From Candidatus Binatia bacterium (lineage in GTDB: Bacteria; Desulfobacterota; Binatia; Bin18), in assembly GCA_963664395.2 (NCBI GenBank), contig OY761159.2, positions 2,912,001 to 2,976,000 of the forward strand: a DNA stretch of 64,000 bases, in the 5' to 3' direction. A program made the translations under genes and the position numbers. Shown here piece by piece: positions 34,214 to 42,703 of this stretch; within the stretch, counting starts at the first letter, position 1; each line of letters begins with the position of its first letter. The notes beneath the pieces are model-generated. The model made no database searches, was not told the DNA's origin, and saw only the letters and a program-made list of their open reading frames with translations.

Positions 34214-37181
34214 CTAGGAGAGTCCGACGCTCACCCCTACGAACCAATACCGGCCCAGGCCGTCATACAGGCCGGGGAAGGTGTTGCCGTTGCCGGCGAA
34301 AGAGGGCCCTGCCGCGTTGCCCGCCAGCGGCGGGGCCTTGTCGAACAGGTTGTTCACGCCGACGCGCAGGCTGGTGTATTCATTGTAATTCCAGATAGCG
34401 GCCAGGTCGAAGTAGTGCCGCGCCCCGAGATCGACCTGGGTGGAGTTGAGATCTTCGACGCCGCCGATGTAGCGCCACATGAGACTGGGCCGCAGCCCCC
34501 ACGGTGTCACCCAGGTGGCGCGCAGATTGTTCCGAATATCCGGGGTCGGAAAACCGCAGGTGGCCCCCCAGTTGCCGGCGCAGTCTACCTTGCGCGCCCC
34601 TTGCAACTCCTGCTGGTCCCAGGTGGAGGTGATCGACAGGATGTCGCTGAAGCGCAGCCGCCCCCAGCGGCCCATTCCTATGACACTAAGCGGGAGGTCA
34701 TAGCCGACGGTGAGGTCGTAGCCCTGCACTTCCTCGATGGCCAGGTTGTCCAGCAGGGACACGATGCGACCGCTGTTGTCGATGTCGGAGCCCAGCCACA
34801 GGTCGCCGCTCCGCCCGCGTCTGACCTTGGCGCACTGCGAGGCGTTGCCGTCCAGACATTCGTTGAGGATGAACTCCGGCGTCAGGGTGCTGATGCCTTT
34901 GCTGATCTCGATCGAATAATAGTCCAGGCTGAGGTTGAAGCCGGGGATAAAGCCGGGCGTCCACACCAGGCCGAAGGAGTAGGTATCCGATTCCTCCGGT
35001 GCCAGGTCAGGGTTGCCGCCTTGCAGAAAATTGTACTGGGCCGCCGGGGAATTTTCGATGTTACCGAACTGGCTCGCGGTCACGCCGCTGCGGGCGCAGT
35101 CCTCAAGGCTGCGGCCCTCGGCCGTCCTGCCGTTGGCGACAGGCCCGGCACACGGGTCGGCGTTCATCTCGAACAGATTGAAGCCCTGCGGCAGGAAGCG
35201 TTCCCGCATACTCGGTCCGCGAATCGCCCGCTGGAAACTGGCCCGCAGTCTGAGGTCGGCATTAATGGCCCAGCCCGCGCGGACCCCAAAGGTATTGGTC
35301 TGCTCGCCGTAATCGTAGTCGGAATAGCGATAGCCCCCATCCAGACCGAGTTCTTCCACAAAGCGTACGCCGTCGATCAGCGGGAGGCCGGCTTCGATGA
35401 AAAACTCCGTCACGTCGGACCCGCCGCTGACGGGTTGGCTGGCGCCGCCCTGGCCGGCTCCATCGCCGCTGCGGTAGGCTTGGTCGGGTTTGAATTTGAG
35501 ATTGTCGTCGCGGTATTCGCCGCCCAAGACCACGTCCACGCCCGTAGTGGCGAATGGCGACCGGATGCCATAATCGCCGAGATGACCGGCGATATAGCCC
35601 GACACGACCGTCTGGTCGGTCGCTCCGCGGGCGGACAGGGGCAGCGTCAGGTAGTCGGTCATCTCCTGGGTCACCGCGCCCTCCCGAAAGATGTTCCAGG
35701 GGACGCAGTTCGGGTCGGAACCATCCAGCACGGAACGGCAGACAACTCGACCGGTTGCCGGGTCGTGCACCGCGTCCAGCGCCCGCCCGATGCGGGTAAT
35801 CGACAGGTCGTTCAGATAGGTGTTCCGCATGCGGACCTCGGAGTATTGGTAGTGCAGGTCGTAGCGCCAGGTATCATTAGAGGTCGCCGCGCAGACCGAA
35901 CACGCCCCGATAGGAGGTGTGGTGCAGGTCGTTTTGCCGGTTGCCGCCCTCCACATTCCGGCGGCCGATAAAGACCTGCTGGCTGTCATCTCGCGTCAAT
36001 CCATACGCGCCGCACAAGGCTTCAAACTGTTGCTGGGACAGGAATGGATTGCCGCAGCCCAGCGTATCGGTCACAAAAAACGCGCCCGAGGGGGCGATCT
36101 GGGCTACCGAGCGATTGTCCATGAACATGAACTCGGTGTAGGCCTCGACCCGGTCGTGCAGGTCGTAGTGGGCAAACAGGCCGGCGGTCCAGCGCCGGTC
36201 GGGGCGCTGGAAATAGTTCGATGGAGCGTAGTTGAACAGGGTCCCGCGGCGGGGCACGAAGCGGTCGCCCTCCACCTTATAGTCAAAGCTCTCCAGACCC
36301 CGACCTCGCAGCACGCCGAAGTCGGAAAAGGTGCCCTGCGGCTGGGTGGCCGAGCCGGAGCACTCGGTCAGGTCGTTGCTCAGGGCACACGAGCTGTAAT
36401 CGCGGTCGGCCTGGAGCACCGGGTCGATATCGCGGTAGGTGCCGTAGACCGTGACGTTACCGCGCTCCAGGTTTTTGCCCATGATCAGCGAGACATTCGA
36501 GATATCGCCGTCGGATGTTGAGCCCTTGGCGACCTCATAGCCGGCATCTTGGACAATCCGCTGCCACCTGTCGTTGCCGTTGTCGTGCTGGTATTGGCTG
36601 AACTGGTAATCCAGCTTGATGCCCTCGAAATCGTCAACCATCAGAAAGTTGACCACACCGGCGACCGCGTCGGAGCCGTAGGTGGCCGAGGAGCCGCCGG
36701 TCAGCACCTCAACGCTCTTGATCAGCGCGCCCGGAATCTGGTTGATATCGGCGCCGACTCCTCCTTGCAGCGGCGAGCCGGCCGGCAGGCGGCGGCCGTT
36801 GACCAACACCAGGGTGCGTTCCGCGCCCAGGTTGCGCAGATTCAGGGTCGCGGTGCCGGTAGCGCCGTAGGCCTGACTGGCGTTCTGGGCGGAGTACACC
36901 TGCGGCAGGGTGCGCAGCATATCCTCCACCCGGGTGGTGCCCTGGAAGGACAGGTCTTCGGCCTCAATCTGGATGACCGGGCTGGAGCTGACCAGATTTG
37001 CCCTTTGGATACGTGAGCCGGTCACGACTATCGCTTCCAACTCTGACGGCTCTTGGCGCGCTTCAGCCTCCGGCAGTGCGGCGCTCGGCTGCTCGGCATC
37101 TGCGTCCTGGGCACGGGCCGGTGCGGCAGTCAGCAGCAATGCCACCACGACCCCTTTCCATAGCAAAGTTCTTTTTGCCAT
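34214..37181 (-). pseudogene. TonB-dependent receptor interrupted by a +1 frameshift at ~35879
   Basis: ORFs 35877..37181 and 34214..35989 join (GLRGDL / NDTWRY) if one base is removed; collinear with the upstream paralogue. Confidence 0.85.
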
Positions 37182-37214
37182 GAGAACTCCTTTGTTGCCG
37201 CCCGAAGCGCCGGG

Positions 37215-40200
37215 TCAGGAGAGGCCGACACTCATGCCGACGAACCAGTAGCGGCCCAGGGCATCGTACAGGCCGGGGAAGGTGTTGCCACCTCTGCCGG
37301 CTTCACCGACGAGCGGCGGTTCCTTGTCAAACAGGTTGCGGATGCCGATACGCAGGCTGGCGTACTGGTTGACCTCCCAGATCATCGACAGGTCGAAATA
37401 GTGCCGGTCATTCACCGGGATGGGGCGATCCGGGTCGGTCTCCGTGCTGGTACTGATGTAGCGCCACATCAGGCTGGGTTGCAGCCCCCAGGGGCTCAGC
37501 CAGGTGGTCCGCATAATATTGCGGATTCTCGGGGTCGGGGTGCCGCATGAATAGCCCCAACTGCCCGCGCAGGCGATCTTCGGAATATCATCCGTTGCCT
37601 TCAGCGTATATGTATCGAGAAATGAAAGCCGGTTCGTCAAGTTGACAGAGCCGTAGCGACCAAGACTGAGCATATAGTCCACGCTGAAGTCATAGCCGCG
37701 GACGTTGGCGATGGCCAGGTTTTCCAGCACAGCCTGAACATGGCCGGTCGTCTCGATTGTGTTGGAAGACAGCCACAGGTCGCCGCCCGGCCCACGATTG
37801 ACCTTGTCGCACTGCGAGGTTTTGCCGTCCAGGCAGCGGTTCAGGACAAACTCGGGTGACAGGGCGCCGACACCACCCTTGAGTTCGATGGCGTAGTAAT
37901 CCACGCCGAAGGTGAGACCCTCAAGAAAGCCGGGCGTCCAGGTCAGGCCAAACGAATAGGTATCCGCATCTTCGGGAAGCAGGTCAGGGTTGCCGCCGAT
38001 CAGAAAGTTGTACTGACCGGCTGGTGAGTCGGGGATATTGCCGAACTGCTGGGCGGTCACCCCGCTGCGGGCGCACTCCTCAAGGGTGCGGCCGGCAGCG
38101 GTTTTACCGTCAACCACCGCGCCGGCACACGGGTCGGACGACATATAGATCAAGCCCAGCCGCTGCGGCAGGAACTGTTCCCGGATGCTCGGGGCGCGCA
38201 CCGCCCGCTGATAGCTGCCGCGCAGGCTGAGGTCGTGGTTGATGGCCCAGCCGGCCCGCACGCCGTAGGTATCGGTCTGTACGCCGTACCAGGAAGAACG
38301 ATAGCCCCCATTCAGGATCAGTTGGCGCACGAACGGAACGTCTTCGATGAGAGGAATACCGACTTCAAAGAAAACCGCTGGCACGTCGAACCCACCCTTG
38401 AGGGGCTTGGGTGCGCCGCCCACGCCGGTCCCGTCTCCGCTCTGGGTCACCCGGTCGGGCTTGTAGTTCAGATTTTCCTCGCGCCATTCACTGCCCAGCG
38501 CGATATCGAGGCCGGTGGTGGCGAACGGCGACACCAGACCGTAGCGGCCGAGATTGGCCGCGATATGGCCGGACATCACATGCTGGTTCGTGCTGCCGCG
38601 GGTCGTGCGTGTTTGTGTCAGGTAATCGGTCATGTCTTTGGTGACCGCGCCGTCCTCGAAGATGTTCCAGGCCACACAGTTCGGGTCGGCACCGCTCAGC
38701 GCCGAGCGGCAGGCGATGTCTCCGGTCGCGGGGTCGTAGACCGCATCAAGGGCGCGGTTGACCCGGCTGGCCGACATGCCGTTCACGAATTTGCTCAGCG
38801 CGCGCACCTCGGCGTATTGGTAAGACAGATTGTAGCGCCAGACATCGGCAATCTCGCCCCGCAGCCCGAACACGCCGCGATACGAGGTGTGGTGCAGATA
38901 ATCCTTGCGATTACCGCTCTCGACGCTGCGCCGGCCGATATACACATTCTGGATATCCTCTTGCGTCAAGCCGTACTGGCCACACAGGGCCTGAAACTGC
39001 TGATCGGACAGAAACGCATTGCCGCAGTGCAGATCCCTCTGCCTGAAGAACGAGCCCGAGGGAGCAATCTGGGCGGTGGTGCGGTCGTCCATGAACATCA
39101 GTTCGGTATAGGCCTCGACGTATTTGTGCAGGTCGTAATGAGCAAAGGCGCCGGCGGTCCAGCGCGTATCGGGCCGTTGAAAGTGATTCGGGGGCGCGTA
39201 GTTGTAGGGGCGACCGTCCCAGTTCGTGAACTTGTCTCCCTCGACCTGATAGAAGAACGGCGGCCCCGGATTATATCCGGGCCTGACCTTGCGGGTGCCG
39301 AAGTCGGCAAACAGGCCCTTGGGTATCGTGCCCGAGCCGATACACTCGTCAAGACCGGGTGTCAAATCGCAACTGGAGTGATCCCGGTCGCCCAGGAAAA
39401 CCTCTCCGCCGTCACGCCAAGTCGCGTAGGCGGTGATGTTGCCGCGATTGCCCAGGTTTTTGCCCAGGATGAGCGAGACGTTGGACAGCTCGCCGTCCGC
39501 GGTGGAGTCGTCGGCAACGCTATAGCCCTGGCTGGAGATCAGTTTTTTCAGGGCGCGATTGTCATTATCGTGCTGATGCTGACTGAACTGATAATCCAGC
39601 TTGATACCCTCGAAATCGTCGATCAGGATGAAGTTGATCACCCCGGCGACCGCATCCGAACCATAGGTCACCGAGGAGCCGCCGGTCAGGACATCGACGC
39701 GCTTGAGCAGCGCGCCCGGAATCTGGTTGATATCCTCGTTGCCGGTCCCCCCCCAAGGCGAGCCGGCCGGCATGCGGCGGCCGTTGATCAGCACCAGGGT
39801 GCGCGATGAGCCCAGGTGGCGCAGATTCAGGGTTGAGATCCCGCTGGCGCCGTTGGCGTTGGAGGCATCCTGACCGCCGGTAAACACCGAGGGCAGGGAG
39901 CGCACCAGCTCTTCCACCCGGACGGTCCCCTGGTGCAGCAGCTCTTCGGCATCAATGCTGACGATCGGGCCGAGCTCGACCCGGTCGGCCGCCTGCTGGA
40001 GCCGCGAACCGGTGGTCACGATCATCTCTTCCAGGGCCTCCAGTTTCTGTGGCTCTTTGTCGGCTTCGGCCTCAGGCCGTGCGCTAGCTTCGGCTTGCGG
40101 CTGTTCAGTTCCCGGCGGATCGGCGTCGGCTGCGCCGGCCGGTACGGCGGCGAAGGTGATGAGTAATGCTGTTGCTATGGCTCCGGCGAGCTTCAGCCGT

Positions 40201-40226
40201 ACCTCGGTATAGGTGATTACATTCAT
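37215..40226 (-). CDS. TonB-dependent receptor
   Basis: Signal peptide, plug motifs (RTLVLINGRR, YGSDAVAGVINF), barrel motifs (GGNPDL.PE, NLFDKEPP, LGRYWF). Confidence 0.93.
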   Translation of the reverse strand: MNVITYTEVRLKLAGAIATALLITFAAVPAGAADADPPGTEQPQAEASARPEAEADKEPQKLEALEEMIVTTGSRLQQAADRVELGPIVSIDAEELLHQGTVRVEELVRSLPSVFTGGQDASNANGASGISTLNLRHLGSSRTLVLINGRRMPAGSPWGGTGNEDINQIPGALLKRVDVLTGGSSVTYGSDAVAGVINFILIDDFEGIKLDYQFSQHQHDNDNRALKKLISSQGYSVADDSTADGELSNVSLILGKNLGNRGNITAYATWRDGGEVFLGDRDHSSCDLTPGLDECIGSGTIPKGLFADFGTRKVRPGYNPGPPFFYQVEGDKFTNWDGRPYNYAPPNHFQRPDTRWTAGAFAHYDLHKYVEAYTELMFMDDRTTAQIAPSGSFFRQRDLHCGNAFLSDQQFQALCGQYGLTQEDIQNVYIGRRSVESGNRKDYLHHTSYRGVFGLRGEIADVWRYNLSYQYAEVRALSKFVNGMSASRVNRALDAVYDPATGDIACRSALSGADPNCVAWNIFEDGAVTKDMTDYLTQTRTTRGSTNQHVMSGHIAANLGRYGLVSPFATTGLDIALGSEWREENLNYKPDRVTQSGDGTGVGGAPKPLKGGFDVPAVFFEVGIPLIEDVPFVRQLILNGGYRSSWYGVQTDTYGVRAGWAINHDLSLRGSYQRAVRAPSIREQFLPQRLGLIYMSSDPCAGAVVDGKTAAGRTLEECARSGVTAQQFGNIPDSPAGQYNFLIGGNPDLLPEDADTYSFGLTWTPGFLEGLTFGVDYYAIELKGGVGALSPEFVLNRCLDGKTSQCDKVNRGPGGDLWLSSNTIETTGHVQAVLENLAIANVRGYDFSVDYMLSLGRYGSVNLTNRLSFLDTYTLKATDDIPKIACAGSWGYSCGTPTPRIRNIMRTTWLSPWGLQPSLMWRYISTSTETDPDRPIPVNDRHYFDLSMIWEVNQYASLRIGIRNLFDKEPPLVGEAGRGGNTFPGLYDALGRYWFVGMSVGLS

Positions 40227-40262
40227 TCACGCGCATGTAGGCCACCAATGGATATTTGTCAA

Positions 40263-41933
40263 TCACGGAGGAGGGTTCGATGAATTGAGCGCCTCCGACT
40301 TGGCAATCTTGGTGATTGCCGCATTGGAGAATTGCGCATGAAAACCCAATAATTCCCCGTCCTTACCGCACCGCGCCTCACGGCGCAGTTCGACCCAGGT
40401 CGTGAGGGCCATCCCGATGAGGACCAGGGTGAACGGGAAGCCCGCCGCGAGCGCTGCGGTCTGCAATGCCTGTAGACCGCCACCGAGCAGGAGGGCAATG
40501 GCGACCAGCCCTTCGAGCACGCACCAGAACAGGCAGCGCCCAACCGGAGCGTTGAAATTGCCGCCGGCGGTGATGGTCGCGACGACCAGCGAGCCGGAGT
40601 CCGATGAGGTGACGAAGAAGATGACGATCAGGACGAGAGCGACGACCGAAAGCGGACCTGTCAGCGGCAGGGGTTCGAGCATTTTGAACAGCGCCAACTC
40701 CGGTGTCCAGGCGGTCACGGTATCGATCACGCCGGTGTAGCCGTCGGTGAGATATTGGTGGACGGCGGTCCCGCCAAAAGCACTCATCCACAACAAACCG
40801 AACAGCGTCGGCAGGAGGAGGACGCACAATAGGAACTCGCGGACTGTCCGGCCCCTGGAAATGCGGGCGATGAAAATACCGACGAACGGTGCCCAGGCCA
40901 GCCACCAGGCCAGGTAGAAGGTGGTCCAGTCGTGCAGGAAGGCGGTGTCCTGTCGGCCGACCCAGTTGCTGAGCGGCACAATTTCGGTCAGGTAGGTGCC
41001 CAGCCCGCTGAAGAAACCGGCCCAGATATAGAGGGTCGGTCCGATCCCGATAATGCACACCAGCAGCCCCACCGCCAGAATCGCGTTCAACTCGCTGAGA
41101 CGCTTGATGCCGACATTGATCCCGGTCAGCACCGAGCCTGTCGCCACGGCGGTGATCAGCACAATGAGCACCACCCTGGTGAGGTCGGTGGCCGGAATCC
41201 CGAACAGATAATTGAGACCGCCCGTCACCTGATTGGCACCCAGGCCGAGCGAGGTAGCAAGCCCGAACACGGTCGTAAAGACGGCCAGCGTATCAATCAG
41301 GTGGCCGGCCCAGCCCCAGATGCGGTCACCGAGCAGGGGATAGAAGGCCGAGCGAATAGTGAGCGGCAGGCCCCGGTTATAGCTGAAGAAGGCCAGGGCG
41401 AGGCCCACAAGCGCGTAGATGGCCCAACCGTGCAGACCCCAGTGAAAAGTCGCCGCGGCGATGCCGAGGGCGCGAGCCGTCTCGGGGTCGGCGGCATTAA
41501 TACCGAGCGGGGGATGCAGAAAGTGTTGGACCGGCTCCAGCACCCCGAAGAACATCAGCCCAATGCCTATGCCGGCGGCAAAGAGCATCGCCAACCAACT
41601 GACAGAGGAGTACTCCGGGACGGCCTCTCGTCCGCCGAGCCGCACCTTGCCGAGCGGGGAGACAGCCAGACACAGGCAGAACAGCAGGACAAAGTTGGCG
41701 GTGAGCAGGAACAGCCAGTCGAACTGAGTGGTGAGCCAGATCCGAATACCCCCAAAGACCAGTGTCGCTCTTTCCGGGAACAGCAGCGTGCCGAGGACAA
41801 AGACGATGATGGTGAGTGCGGAAACCGGGAAGACCGCCTTGTCGATATCCGGACCCGATATCCGGGTATTGCTCCGCCCGCTCCCGTAGCCGGGTCCGTC
41901 GTCCTGCCGCGCGTGTTGGTCCACTTGGCTCAT
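40263..41933 (-). CDS. BCCT family (betaine/carnitine/choline) transporter
   Basis: SWLAMLFAAGIGIGL, FHWGLHGW, WAPFVGIFIARISRGRTVREF, FFVTSSDS. Confidence 0.94.
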   Translation of the reverse strand: MSQVDQHARQDDGPGYGSGRSNTRISGPDIDKAVFPVSALTIIVFVLGTLLFPERATLVFGGIRIWLTTQFDWLFLLTANFVLLFCLCLAVSPLGKVRLGGREAVPEYSSVSWLAMLFAAGIGIGLMFFGVLEPVQHFLHPPLGINAADPETARALGIAAATFHWGLHGWAIYALVGLALAFFSYNRGLPLTIRSAFYPLLGDRIWGWAGHLIDTLAVFTTVFGLATSLGLGANQVTGGLNYLFGIPATDLTRVVLIVLITAVATGSVLTGINVGIKRLSELNAILAVGLLVCIIGIGPTLYIWAGFFSGLGTYLTEIVPLSNWVGRQDTAFLHDWTTFYLAWWLAWAPFVGIFIARISRGRTVREFLLCVLLLPTLFGLLWMSAFGGTAVHQYLTDGYTGVIDTVTAWTPELALFKMLEPLPLTGPLSVVALVLIVIFFVTSSDSGSLVVATITAGGNFNAPVGRCLFWCVLEGLVAIALLLGGGLQALQTAALAAGFPFTLVLIGMALTTWVELRREARCGKDGELLGFHAQFSNAAITKIAKSEALNSSNPPP

Positions 41934-42013
41934 GCCTTCCTCCCCCCGCTACGGATTTGGCGCTCAGATTGTAACTCTTCAGACGGCGCATTGATATGCG
42001 CAGGGCGGAAGAG

Positions 42014-42078
42014 GCTTGTCACGGCAGGAGGCGCAGGCCGATATACACCAGGGTGAAGACCGTCAGAAAGACGATTCC
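42014..42078 (-). repeat. Imperfect direct repeat, left copy: orphan 3' end of the NRAMP-like transporter gene
   Basis: Minus strand of 42019-42078 reads GIVFLTVFTLVYIGLRLLP*; 51/60 identical to 46001-46060. Confidence 0.9.
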
Positions 42079-42086
42079 AGTGTCAG

Positions 42087-42517
42087 GTTGTGGATTGCGG
42101 ACAGACCTTGGTGAGTTACACTCGCCTGCTCTGCGTCCGATATCTCCCCGTCGTTGTGGATTGCGGACAGACCTTGGTGAGTTACACTGTTCAGCGCCCG
42201 CACCTTACACCGGCAGTTGTTGTGGATTGCGGACAGACCTTGGTGAGTTACACTACTCGTACAGGAGATAGCGACCAGCCACGGGTTGTGGATTGCGGAC
42301 AGACCTTGGTGAGTTACACTGCCTGACCGCGCACACCGGCACGTCTGAATGTTGTGGATTGCGGACAGACCTTGGTGAGTTACACTAGGAAACCATACGA
42401 GGCTGAGCGAATCCCGTTGTGGATTGCGGACAGACCTTGGTGAGTTACACTTATCGAAGAAACGATGAACGCACGCGCTGCGTTGTGGATTGCGGACAGT
42501 CCTTGGTGAGTTACACT
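42087..42517 (+). CRISPR. Type II-C CRISPR array, 7 repeats (36 bp) and 6 spacers (29-30 bp)
   Basis: Repeat GTTGTGGATTGCGGACAGACCTTGGTGAGTTACACT starts at 42087, 42153, 42219, 42285, 42351, 42416 and 42482 (last has one A>T). Orientation inferred from tracrRNA complementarity. Confidence 0.98.
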
Positions 42518-42567
42518 GTCCCCGACGCAACCTGCTGGAATCGTGGCGATTTCGCCCTCCAGATTGA

Positions 42568-42666
42568 TTACAAAAGTTCAATCCGGAGGGGCGCGGGCTC
42601 AGGAGGCTTGCGCTTTTTCCCATAGAAAACCTGGATTCTGCCAAACTGTTTGTCGGTAATCTTGAT
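42568..42666 (-). pseudogene. cas2: cas2 3' remnant
   Basis: Translates IKITDKQFGRIQVFYGKKRKPPEPAPLRIELL*, matching the type II Cas2 C-terminus (ITDKQF...ELF-like). Confidence 0.8.
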
Positions 42667-42703
42667 AAGCTGCCTCACTGATATCAACGCTTCGCTTAAT
42701 CAT
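42665..42703 (-). pseudogene. cas1: cas1 5' remnant
   Basis: ATG overlapping the cas9 3' end; MIKRSVDISEAAY resembles type II-C Cas1 N-termini. Confidence 0.75.

Noticed and set aside
34415-42056. Long plus-strand ORFs (518, 524 and 374 aa)
   Set aside because: Antisense shadows of high-GC3 TonB and BCCT genes with no motifs.
42057-42086. Sequence upstream of repeat 1 acting as a self-targeting guide against the transporter gene (46039-46068)
   Set aside because: 20 of the first 22 nt match, but the PAM-proximal 8 nt (AGTGTCAG vs GGCCCAAC) mostly do not, so the seed would fail.
42518-42567. An eighth degenerate repeat
   Set aside because: No repeat similarity at the expected 66 bp period; it is the gap between the array and the cas2 remnant.
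42063-42644. ORFs over the array (193 aa minus strand and shorter plus-strand ORFs)
   Set aside because: Periodic translations of the CRISPR repeats.
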